A stretch of DNA of 64,000 bases, from positions 5,456,001 to 5,520,000 of the forward strand of contig CM022671.1 of the NCBI GenBank assembly GCA_012295275.1. The letters run 5' to 3'. Shown piece by piece: positions 41,039-54,905 of this stretch. Origin of the DNA: Chrysomallon squamiferum. Taxonomy: Eukaryota; Animalia; Mollusca. The number at the start of each line of letters is the position of its first letter. Position 1 is the first letter of the stretch. The notes under the pieces are model-generated. The model did not search any database. It saw nothing but the letters and a program-made list of their open reading frames with translations, and was not told the DNA's origin. The position numbers and the translations under genes are program-made.

Positions 41039-42143
41039 AACTGGGGTGTAAAAAAAAAAGAAAAAAAAAGAACGAAAAATAAAAAGAAGGGAAAAAACAG
41101 TTTTGTATTTATTCGAAAATGACGTTTACTACGGAACCAAATGTTCTTTTTTATTTTATTTTATTTTATTTTTTTATAGAATTACAATCCAGTATCCATT
41201 TTCCTTGTTCAAGAATGTCTGTTATTTTGAATTTTATTATTTTGAAATAAATTAGTATATTTATATTTCTGGTTCTATTATATATTTTATTTGTTCATTT
41301 TTTTTTCTCTCTCTCTCTCTCGTTTGAATATCATTCACCTTCATCATCACCAAAGTATTTTATTTATTCTAAATTTCCAAAGAATGCTCATGTTGATGTC
41401 ATTATTATAACGATGATGATGATGATGATGATGATGATAATAATAATAATCAGAAGAAAACCAACAACAACAAAACAGAACAAATATCTTTAGAAGCACA
41501 AATAACGATATTGTATTGTATTTAAAATTGATTTCGAATTAAATGAAATGAAATAAAAAAAGTACATGATAAAAAAATTTTTATTGATATTTGAGTAAGG
41601 TTTGATCAGATAATTATAGGTACACAAACTGCTAACCACGTCAATAATTTACATGCAAAATAAGGTATTCAAACTGCTATTTTCAATTCGAGGTAATTGA
41701 TATTAATATTATCAATTACAAATAAATAGAAAAATAAAATAAAATAAAACAAATTAATACATAATATAATAATAATAATAAAAAAAATAATAAAGTTCAT
41801 AATGTGAAACCAATAAAACTGCTAATGTAGCTATTATTCTGAACAAGAATTTTATTTTAAACTGATTTGTAAAATCGAAGTTGTGCTTGCTAAAACTGCG
41901 AAGACAGAAGTGAAAACAAAATATTCAAAAGTAGGAAGCCATCGACGTCGATCAGATCATCTTGAGATTTTGCACGTCACCCATCTGGGGTTAAATTAAA
42001 CAAACAAACAAACAAACAAACAAACAAGTGACACAGCATTCAAAAGCCTCGGTGTTCATCTATACTTAAAATGATTAAGCAAAGGGAGACAATCACGAAG
42101 CACTAAAGAATAATTATTAAACTTCCATACTGAAGAGTGAAGA

Positions 42144-43176
42144 ATGGCTGACAACAGGTAGGTGTGATGGAAGCAGGTTTTTAATGAAATCAGTTATTTA
42201 TATTTATTTACCTTTATAAAACTTTAATATAAAAAAATAGATATGTATGAAATATATCTATGATTTATTTCTAAAATGTGAATTCGCAGTTAACAATTTT
42301 ATAGTGAATAAATTATGATTATATTTTTGACATCCGAACTTCAAGAACTTGACATTTTAAAATACGTAAACTTTCTGTGTTCCTTATCGATATATTTATT
42401 ATTTCTGAATCATAAAAATAATTTTATTTATGTATAGATATTTGTAAATGTTCATTATCCAGCTGTAGTCGAGTATTGATATCAGTGAGGTAGAATAACG
42501 AAAGCTACGTGAAATGTAATTATTTACTAATTTAGGTGATTAATTTAGTGACTAATCTAGTAAATAAGTAATCATTAACTGATTAAGTGTTGAAAAACTT
42601 ACTATCAATTAAGCGGATTAATTACTGACTGTTGAAAAAAATTACAAAATTTTTCTTATGAATTTTAGAGTAAATCTATTTAAAACTTTTTTCTTTTCTT
42701 TTCTGTAACATCAATTATGGAATTTGTCACATGGTCAGATGATGTTGTATTAGTTTCATTCGACATAATTTACTCACAGTAATTACAACATACTTGTTTA
42801 TGTGTTACTAACAGATGTGCAAAATGAAATGATAATAAACATAAAAGCTCTTTACCTAAATAACTACTAAATTACATTAAGAATACATTTAGAAGTTACT
42901 GTTTAATTTGGTCAAAAGCCATAATGTCAGATTGTTAACTGATTCATGTTTGATTACTTATTGTGCTGAATGCTTCTTTATTTTAATTTTTCAGGGGCAC
43001 AAGGATACCTCCAAATCAGCCAGGTATTTGTCTAGGAATCATGTTTCAATTTCATTTCTAGAAAGAGAACAATTTAATTTCCTTTCATATGAGTGTACAG
43101 TATGTTTGTATAAATAATAATGATTTATTTTTCTGTAAAACTATTACATATTTATGATTTGATTCTAAATTACATT

Positions 43177-43209
<33 letters not shown>

Positions 43210-43496
43210 CACACCCCCACATAAACATAGATGACATAGATATCAATTATTATTACAAATAATTATATTTCAACAAGTTTTAATAATAATAAAAAATATT
43301 TTCAGGTTTTGGCTATGGAATGATGCCTGGTATGCCTGGACAATACTGCCAACCAGGAATGCAGGGATATCCCATGATGCAACAGCCTATGATGATGTCA
43401 CAGGGGATGGCACCACAGATGTTTCAAATGCAGGTAATATATTTAATATTATACCATTTACTTTATTTTAAAAGGGAATAAACTGATAATACTATT

Positions 43497-43530
<34 letters not shown>

Positions 43531-46500
43531 TTTCAATATTAAAAACTGACACTAATAATTAATATATATTGATGATTTTAGTGTTATGTTTTTTACTTAC
43601 TATATATATATAAACAAGATGAGAGAGAGACAGACAGCAGAAACAAAATAATATGTAAACACTTAATAACAGAAATATTTTAATTTAAAATTTCACAATT
43701 TTATTCTGGTTTCTCACGTTTTTATATTTTTTACAATTTCAGCAGATTCCAATGGTTCAGCCACCAGGAGCTCCTCCCCCATACAACCCCCACATGGCAG
43801 AGAGGTACAAGAGTAGAGCAGGGTAGGTACATGTACATAATATGTAACAACCAGCCTCACTTCCGCAATACATGATGTGTTGATACTGGGATAGTTTTAG
43901 CAGAGCTCATGCCTTGATTTAGCAACTGAAATAAATTTCTGGCCATTTTTATGATACCATGGCACTTTTCATCTGTGTACTTATATATTATTTCTGTGAC
44001 CAGGAGGAGTAGCTTCCATCTCACAGATCATCATTTAAATGTTTTGATTCAGATGTGAATTAATTTAGACACTGTGTGTGTGTTTCAGTGGGCGTGGAGT
44101 TGTTACGGCTATGACAGAAGAGGAAAGAAGAAAAGCGGAATATTTCCAGGCTCAGAAGCAGAGATTAAAACAGTTCGGTAAAGGCGTGCCAGGAACAACC
44201 TTCATTCCAGATGACCCAACAAAACTCGTAGACTCAATATTTGGAACAAACAGTGCAAAACCAAAACCGAAATCGGTCTCTAAGTCAGGTGAATATCGGT
44301 TAAACCAAGCATTTTTGACTAAATGAGGTAAATGATGCAAAAATTCAAACCAAAAGCAAAACTAGCTGCTAAACCATACAAATACTGCAAAGCAAAATCG
44401 AAAACCAATTGCTAAATTTGGAACACAGTGTAAAATAGAATAAAAACTAAATCAGCATTTCTCGTCAATTATTCATCATTCTTTCCTGTACTTACCTATC
44501 TTTCACCCTTCTTTCTTTCCTTCTTTTATTCCTTGCTTTCTTTTCTTTCATACTTCCCTTTTATCTTCTTTCACTCTTTGTTGGAACTGTAAACTGAACA
44601 ACTGTGATTTCTAACACAGAACCAGTCCAGACCAAGGAAGATGAAGATGATGGTTTTGGTGATTTCATCGAAGGGCCTTCAGTAAAAACACAGACTGAGT
44701 GGTCAACCACACCTAGTCAGGCTCAGTCTCAGTCAGGTAACTCAGGCCTTGCCAACTCTGAGACTGCAGAACTTCACAATCCCAAGGACCCAGAACTTCA
44801 TGACAACAGAACCATGGAGGCACAAAACCACAAATCTGACAAAAAAGGTTTTTTCTTGTTTTTTTTAATTTTTTTCGTTTTGATGTTTTGTGTATATTAC
44901 TGACAAGGCCATTATTTAATAAATTTAAAAAAAAACAAAACGATCCCTGCCAAAAAAAAAAAAAGAAGGAGAAGAAAGCTAGATTAATGGCTTGCATGAT
45001 GGTTTGTCATACATTTGTTTTGTATTGTAACTTGAGCAAGAGTGAGAAAAAAAAGAAGAAAGAAAATAATTAAAACTTTAATAATTGTATAACTGATTTT
45101 TTTTAACGTTTATTAAATGTAGAATTAGAAATGTATGTATAAAATCTGTGTGCTTCTTTGTGCCTGTGTTAAATTAAAAAAAAAAAATATAAAAATATAT
45201 ATATTTACTTCTTTATCTTTTAATGTAAATCAAATTACGTCTAACAGTTACGTGTTTCTCAAAAGCAGATTTAATGTCCATGATGATGGAATGCTCAGAC
45301 CTGAAGCAGCCAGCCAAAGCGAGAAATTTCCAGAAACCAAGTCTGAAGGAAGTTCATGTGTCCCACGCTCAGAACAAAACCTATCAGCAGAGTGACCACT
45401 CTCGCTGCTGGTCATCAACTGACGAACTGATCGGTCTGTTCAAATCTGAAATACAGTGTGAGTGTCTGCATCTGAAAAATCTGTGTCTAGTAATCAGTGT
45501 CTGACGAATATTTTAATATTTGTCACAGTTATTTGCAGTATTTTAATATTTATAATATTTAATCCAAATATTTTCATATTTATCACATTTATTATTTTAA
45601 TTAGTTTAATATTTTAATATTTGTCACATTTTTCATGTTTATCACATTTATTCGCAGTATTTTAATAATTTTGGCATTTATTCCAAATATTTTAATGTTT
45701 AATTACTCATATATTTCCATCATCAAACGAATACTAACTTAATACTTTACTCCATGTAATATTTATTTATATTCACCCATAACTGACAAATATTGTGCTA
45801 TAGTATTTTTTACATAACATCAAAATTAATAAAAAAATGTATGTATGACAGTAATTGTTATGTTTATAAAAAAATATAAAAGGAATATATATTTTATTTA
45901 AAGTTCTAAGTAAATGATTGATGTTACAGATAAATAACATAAAATATATATGTCTGTGTATGTCTGTGTGTAAGTGTGTGTATATATATGTATGTATGTA
46001 TATATCTATATATCTATATATATATACACACATATATATCTATATCTGTCTATTTATATATCTATCTACACACACACACAAACACATCATATATCTATTG
46101 TCTCTCTCTATCTATCTATCTATCTATCTATCTATATATATTTTTTTTACAGCACAACCAGCCCCAGTGCAGGTAAAGGTGAGACAACACTCGGGTAGCA
46201 AGCGGGTTCCAACTACAAGTGCAGGACTTCCAATGTGGGTGGAGGCTTCTAACGAGAATCTACCTGCAGTTTACACACAGGTGTTAGAGGCAGCCTCAGG
46301 CCCGTATGTAAATTTTAATCACTTTTTAAATTAAATTTTAATTAGTATACAGTAAAAATAGGTTGCTTGTAACTAAATATGAATATAAATATGTTTTTAA
46401 AAATATTGTATTATAATATTTCAGTAATAATTGATGATAAAAATTATTATATTTTTGTTAATTTTAAAGTCATGTATTTAAAACAGTAAAATATTTGTCA

Positions 46501-47590
46501 GTTATGGATAAGCATAAATAAATATTACATGTTGTAAAGTATTAAGTTAGTATTCTTTGATAGGAGTAAATAAATATTAAAATATTTGAATTTAATCAGA
46601 TTTAATCAGACAGTCTCAAAAGTTTTGTACCTATTTTAATCTTTTTTTTTTTTTTAATATTAAATTTTAATAATAAAACACTTCCATAAACTGTTAATTT
46701 AATGGTAGTTTTCTGATTAAATTTGAAAATTTAAAACATATTTTTTTCAATATTTGTTTTTTCTTACAGAAATGGCATCGAGACTGACAGATTGTATCCA
46801 ATACTATTACTGAGTGGTTTGCCTCGAGAAGTTCTTGGTAACATTTGGCAACTTGCCAACAGAGAAACTCCAGGTCAGGTTACTCGAGCAGAATTGTTTG
46901 CAATCCTTGCCTTGATTGCTTTAGCTCAGGTAAGAAAGAAAAAAACATTAGTACAAAGATATTGATAATTTAATCTATCTTAGCCATTATGTTCTTTAAT
47001 TTTTTTTAATATTTTATGGGAAGGTGCATTTCAAATATTTCTTGCTGCTAATTAATAGGAGTAATATTAAAATATGATGTGTGTTGTTAGAAATTATAAA
47101 TTCTTTTTTTCTTCTTTCATAAAATATGTGAAATTAGATCAGGTGAAAATATAATTTGATAATCATTCAGTAAACATACGCATATAACAGAGTAAAACAA
47201 TTTTTTGTAAAATTAATTAAGTAAGTAAGTAAGTAAGTAAGTAAGTACAGTAAAGTAAAGTAAAGTAAAGTAAATTAAAATAACCTACTCAGCTTCATTA
47301 AACAAAATTTAAAAAGGAAAATAATAACAAGTAAAATAAATAAATAAAAATAAAAATTTACACATGCAAACAAAAAGATATGGATATACCCACATAAAAA
47401 ATAAACTAGTTATACCTGTGCACATACATATAATGTGTATAAACGTGAAAAACACAGTTACATGTCTGGTTATAATATTTGTTTCAGAACAACTACAGTG
47501 TTGCTGCTATAGAAATACTGACAAGATGTCCACAGCCACCAGTTCCTTTCCTTGGTCAGAATGCAGTAGCACCGGTTCCTGTGCCTGACC

Positions 47591-47621
<31 letters not shown>

Positions 47622-48230
47622 TGTTGTTGTTGCATCTTCAGGAATGGTGACCCAGATTCCCAACCAGCCACTGCAAATACTGACAAGTTCTGTTCAGAGT
47701 TCCATGCAGACTACAAATGTTGCTAGCCATGCTGTTACTTCATCAGGTCAGGTTGTTCCTGGTCCAGGTCAAATAGTTCCTGGTGTAGGTCAAGTTGTTC
47801 CTGGGTCAGGGTCAAGTTGTTCCTGGGCCAGGTCAAGTTGTTCCCAGTCCAGGTCAAATTGTTCCCAGTCCAGGTCAGTTTGTACATGGTACTGGTCAAA
47901 TCATTCCTGGTTCTGGACAGGCTAGCCCTGGTCCAGCTCAAGTCATTCCTTGTTCAGGGCAAGGTCCCATACAGCCTTTAGACACAGCTAGTCAGATTGT
48001 TCCTGGTTCTGTAGTGTTTCCTGGTGGTGGACAAATTATGGTGGTACAGAGTGCTAATCGAGTTTTGCCAAACTATGGACAAGTTGTTGATAATCATATT
48101 GCTGTTCCTGGTGTTCCTGGTAAGTAAGATTTATAGAAATTTGTACTGTTTGTATGACAGTTTATATAAAATAGAAATCTGAAATTACTGAATTTTTGAC
48201 ATTTGAAATTTGTTTTGTGATAAAATAATA

Positions 48231-48273
<43 letters not shown>

Positions 48274-50831
48274 GAGGTACAATAGCTAGACAGAATGAGA
48301 AAAAAAAAAGAGTAAATTAATAAATAAATAGATAGGTGATTTGAAATATATAAACAAATAATTCACTTTTGGCAGATACTTAAAAAGATTTGTATCATTG
48401 TTTTATTTATCTATATATTTATACATTTTTCAAAATATTTTTTCAGGACCAGTTATCCAAGACTCAGTAATAGGAACAAGCTCATTTCCAGCAACCCAGG
48501 GGACACCAGCCCCACCTCTGCAGATTCTACCCATGACCGATGTAACCAGCCAACCATATCCGAGAGTTACCATGACATCTGTTGTGTCAAGCATGACTGC
48601 CCCAACTGCTGCCTTTCATGCCAGTGAAGTCTTGCCTCAAAATAATGTACCAGTTTTACCCCATCCAAATAGTCAGCACCAAACAATCACATCTGCTCAC
48701 CCTCCACATTCCTCTCTAGGTGATGATGATGAATTTGCAGATTTTCAGACTGCCACTGTCCCAGTTCAGAGATCTGGTGATTTTTGTTGTTTTTGTTTTA
48801 TGTTTTTTGTTCAAGAGATATGTTTTTGTTTTATGTTTTTTCTTCAAGTGATACGTTTTTGTTTTATGTTTTTTCTTCAAGTGATACGTTTTTGTTTTAT
48901 GTTTTTTCTTCAAGAGATACGTTTTTGTTTTATGTTTTTTCTTCAAGAGATACGTTTTTGCAAAGCGATTTGTTTAATTTCTGATAAAATTTAGATAAAC
49001 TTTCACATCCAGGCCATAATTGTATCTTTAATAAAAAAAGAAATATTTCTCTCAACTGCCAGTTACATATCTTAGGATAAAATTATTTTGCTGTTAGTTC
49101 ATAATTTAGAACAAAATTAAATAATGTTTTGTTTTCATGAATAACAATAAAATTTAAGTCATTTAACAAGAATTTGTTTTCTTGTATTGAATAAAGTATT
49201 TTTTTTCTTAACAGCAAATTCTTTAGCACTGTCTGAATAAATTACATATAATGCATATAATAAAAATATATTTTTTTTTTACAAATGTCAGTTTTCTAAC
49301 ATTAATAAAAATATTTTTCTAATTTTAGATGAAAGTTTCAGTGACTATATATCAAGTGACAAGAAAAAGGAAATTAAGCAAAATAATTTGTAAGTACAGT
49401 AAGTTCATATGGTAAAATTATTTTTTTATTTTTTGTGTGATTGTTTATTTGCTACTGGAGACCAGTCTTTGCTGCAGTTTCCTTTATCCTTGATTGTTTG
49501 TCTTAATTATTTTACTTTTAATATGTCAATACTCTTTTTGAATCATTTGTAATTTATTTAATTAATTTATCTTTTATCTTAAATTTCTATCTTTAATTCA
49601 TTATCATTTATATTAAACCTCTATCTCTAATTCAATGTCATTTATTTTAAACCTCTATCTTTAATTCATTATCATTTATCTTAAACCTCTATCTTTAATT
49701 CATTATCATTTACCTCTATCTCTAATTCATTATCATTTTTATTAATTCTCAATCTTTAGCCTTTTATCTTTTGTGTTAATCCTCTTTAATCCTTTATCAT
49801 TTATTTCAGTTCTTTATCTTTAATTCATTATCATTTATCTTAAACCTCCCTCTCTAATTCATTATCATTTATATTAATTCTCAATCTTTAACCATTTATC
49901 TTATATGTTAATCCCCTTTTTAATCCTTTATTTGAGTTCTTTATCTTTAACCAGTTTTTTATTCTTAATCAGCAAGCTTTCATCCAAAATATTAATACTT
50001 GTGTACAGTTCTGACTTTTTGATTCTGTGTTGCAATGTAATTTTCTTAATCCATTAATTTTACTCCATTTTCCTTTTTTCTTAATGCCATCAACTTTATC
50101 CTTAAAGTCAATACTTATTTCAATCTTTAAAGTCATATCCTTATATGTTTAGTATTTTATTCTTGAAAATTTATTTCAGTTACTGAAACCATATCCTTAA
50201 TATTAATCCCTGTTTTAATCCTTGGCATTTTATCTTTAATATTCAATATTTTAATTGTTAAATGTTTATGCTTGAAGGATCTTAATTTTTAATTTCTGTA
50301 ATAAATAATTGTTTGGCTTGTGGTTTCACAGTCCAGAGACTGTCCCTGTTTCCATGGAGTTCAGTGAACAGGTGTCGTATGATGATAAATACAACTCCAA
50401 CATCCGCAGTTTCTTCTGCAGCAGTGATTCGTCAACAGGTGAGTTAATTACAGGTGTAAATTAAATACCTCAAGTACATGATAATAACAGGTATATAAAA
50501 AGCATGTGGGATATATAATTATCACATATATATATATATATAAAAAACACCTGAGATTTATGATAATAGGCATATGAAAAACATCTTTGATATGTGATAA
50601 TGAACAGGTATGTTAAAACAACACAAGAGATAAGTGATATAACTTAAATAAAAAATACCACAGATAAATGATGATAACAGGTACATAAGAAACCAAAATA
50701 AAATGAGATATAATAATAACAGGTATATAAACACACCTGAATTAATAATAATAACAGATATTAAAAAAAAAAAAAAAAAAACCTGAGATAAATGATAATT
50801 ACTGGTTTATAAAAGTGATATGATAATAACT

Positions 50832-50894
<63 letters not shown>

Positions 50895-51786
50895 CACCTG
50901 GGATAAATGATATAAGATATCAAAAATACCTGACATATATGATAATAAAAGGTGTATAAATACACCTGAGTTAAATAATAATAAAGATATTAAAAAAACA
51001 AGATAAATTATAATTACTGATATATAAAAACACTTGAGATATATCATTATATATATATATATATAAAAAAGCACCTGACATAAATAAATATATAAAATAA
51101 ACCACCTGAAATATATGATAATAACAGGGATCCAAAAAAAACACCTCAGATATTTGATAATAACAGATATGTATAAAATAAACCCCACCTGATATAAATA
51201 ATATTGACAGCTATATAAAATAAACCATCTGAGATACGTAATAATAATAGGTATATAAAAACATTTGAGATATTTAATAATAACAGGCATAAAAAAAAAA
51301 AAAAATTGAAATATATGATAACAGGTTTATATACAAAAACACCTGACATAAATAATAACAGGTATATATATATATATATAAAAAAAAAATATTTGTTTGA
51401 GATAAATGATAATAACAGGTATTTATATAAAAAGACCCTCAGTTAAACAATAAAAGGTATATAAAAAAAAACTTGAATTATATGATAATAAAATGTATAT
51501 AAATACACCTAAGATAAATGAAAATATCAGGTATATAAAAAAATACTTGAAATAAATGATAATAAAAGTTATATAAAATAAACACCTGTGTTAAATTATA
51601 ACTAGACTAACAAAAACATAAAATTATCAAGAATATAGGATATTTCAAAAACAAGAGTCAAGTGGTGAGAGTGTATATAAAAGAAAGATAAAAATATTTT
51701 TTAACACAATTTCAGATGTATAGTTATTTATTTAAAAAAAATAAAAAAGAGAAAAGGAGCAGGAAAAACAAAAATCTTTAAAATAA

Positions 51787-51826
<40 letters not shown>

Positions 51827-52671
51827 AAAAATGACTGTTTCAACTCTACATTGTTTAATTTAGAACATCTCTGGGCAATGCTCTTTACATATTCCTTGCA
51901 GTGGTCATAGATTTATCATTTTATTTTTGAATTCTGCTTAAATTACCCAGCAGATGTTAAAGAAAAAGCTACTCTGAATGGCTTAAATTACCAGCAGATG
52001 TTTAAAAAAAACACAAACCTACTCTAAATGCTCAGAAGTTCAAAAATACTAAACTTCTAAACAATGTTTTTGATTAGAAACATTACATATTCATTTCATT
52101 CAGTACAGAGCAATTCTGCTTCAGGTAGAGGGATCAAAACATACATGTAAAATTTGAAACTTTTCTGGAATACATGTAATTTATAAAACCCAAGTTTTTG
52201 AACTTAGAACTAGTGAACACAGTTTTGATGTTTGATTAACAATCAAGTTGCTTTCTGCTTTCTTCTCTTCTCTTCATGTATAAAAGCTGTGTAGTGCAGT
52301 GGTTAGAGTCTTAGTCTGAAGTTGGGTGGATCACCAGTTCAAACCTCACTGCAAATCGTGAATTGTTTTTATTTATTTAAAAGATTTTAAAAAATATATT
52401 TTTCACAGTTATTTTATTTCTGTTTATGGGATGGTACATGTAAGAGATTTATGCTGTTAAAACAGTAAGAGTTGTCCATGGATTCCAGCAACAGATTTTT
52501 CTCTGTTATAATAAATGAATAAATAAATAAATAAGTGAAAAAAAAAAAATAATAATAATAAGTAAGTGAGCAAATACATATATAAATAAAAAAAATAAAA
52601 AAGTGAGAAAAAAGCATTTATAAAAATTGATAAAATAAATAAAGATGTAAATAAAGAAATAAATAAAGAAG

Positions 52672-52706
<35 letters not shown>

Positions 52707-53364
52707 ATGTATTTGGATATATGTAATTTTTATAATTTAATGTAATTATTATTATTGTATACAAACATACAGTAGAAACAATTCTAATATGATTTTGAAT
52801 TAATAGAAATAATAATTCATATCTTTCCTGTGGTGGAATTAATGTCACTTGGTTAGTGTTACTACATTTAGAGTTATTGCCCTTCCATAGTGGACCAATT
52901 AAATTATCTTCTGGTGGTTAAAATGTTTAATAAAGATATATTTAAAATGTATTTAGTTAACTTTCACAACTTTATTTGTTTTATTAATATTATTATTATT
53001 ATTATTATTATTTTTTTTTTATGTTTATAAGAGATTTCAGCTGTTGTTAAAATTCTGCTTTTCTTTGTCTCTTTATTTCTTATGTTTCTGTTTGTTCTTT
53101 TTAATATTTTAATCATTTACTTTTTGTTTATTTTGTTGTTTTGTTAACCCGACAGTGAAGAAAGTAGAAAAAAGAAATGTATTTATTTGGAAAGAATAGA
53201 CATTATTGATATCAGTTTAACAGAAAATAACATAACAGTTGAATCATATATATTTTAAAAATATTTTCCACCAAATATTTGATATGATGTACCTCCAGCT
53301 CAGAACAAAACACAGTTTTCCTCCCAGTAATCTTTAATATTAAGAAATACTGAGTTATTATTTA

Positions 53365-53403
<39 letters not shown>

Positions 53404-54856
53404 TATACAGACAAAAAAAAAAGGAAACAAAAAAAAAAAAAAATTATTTTCTTTAAAACAATCCAAAATAATTTCCATCTAAACCAGTATTCATCACTTT
53501 ACTTTTCATTATTTAAACAAAAAAAATAAAGAACCAAGCCAAAAACCCACGACAAAAAGACAAAGCGTGCAACTTCCACTGAACAACAGCTGAAGTTAAA
53601 AAGAGTTGTTTATCTCAAAATGTCTTTAACAAGCTTCCTTATGTCTTATTTAGTTGCATGTTTTCTTTCAGCCGAGTGCTCTAACCACTCGCCGGTCAAA
53701 GGTAGATTTTTTTCTTCTCTTTGCTTGCATTTCTGCTTGGGGTATTACGGAAAATCTTATTTTATTTTTTAAATAATTAATTTAAAAAAAAAAAAAAAAA
53801 CAAAAAAAACCCAACATTATGATTATTTATATACCTGTCATAGATACATACCTTTCATTCTCAAAAGAATGTTTAATTTTCCTTTTTTGACATTTAAATA
53901 TAACTCATGTCATTGCTGAAATTAACTAAAAATATTCTGAACTAATGTTCTCCCATTTTTTACATCTATATATTTAATGAAGGAAAAAAAAAAATACAGA
54001 TTCAAAATATATATATAAAATATTAATTAATATTATATCAAAAATAATTATTAAAAATATAAAACATAAAAAAAAAATAGATTCCACTTTCTCTATTGGT
54101 ACATTGTAATTATTATTATTAAATACTAAATAAATGAATAAATAAAAGTTAATAAAGCTTTTAATCAGTGGACAGAAATAATTTTAAAATTTTTATTCCA
54201 TTTTTTTTTTATCCCAATCACCATTTCTTCTCCTTTCCCCCATGTTAACTGTTCCTTCCCATCTTTTCTCACTTTGTTTTCAGACAAAAGTTACTAAAAC
54301 ATTAAAAAAAATTTACACCAGTTAACACACCTACACACTCATAATAATCATTTTATTGTACATTCAAACTCGAAGCTCTGTTGTTATGTTAGTAAGTTAG
54401 TCTTTTGCAAGTTAACATGATCTAGTTTAATTAGATGGGTTTGCATGATGATGGTTTTTAGCTTGAGGAAAATGACCTGTGGTCTGCATGAAGACGTGAG
54501 TTTGATTTGCATCGATTAGTTTGTGTTGCATGATGGATGGATCATTTGGTTTGCTCGAAGACCATTTTTGAAAAAAAGAGACGTGATTCGTTTTGAAGTT
54601 CGGATCTTGGTTTGCACGAATTTCAGTAGCATTAACATTGTTTTGGTTTGGTTAGTTTGAAGTTTGGATGTTTTGATTTGCATGAAGAATGTGTGTGCGA
54701 CAGTTTACTTGAAGAGTGGATACCAGCTGCATGAGTTTGAACCTGTTAGGATGTTTTTTTATGACACTGTGAAAATCTCTGACAACTGTAAATAGTTTAT
54801 TTTTATGTTGTTTGTTACAGTGAAAAGCACACAAAAGCACAGATTAATTATTAATG

Positions 54857-54905
<49 letters not shown>

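Noticed and set aside
52286-52352. Functional tRNA gene
   Set aside because: Acceptor and anticodon stems do not pair; treated as a SINE or pseudogene remnant.
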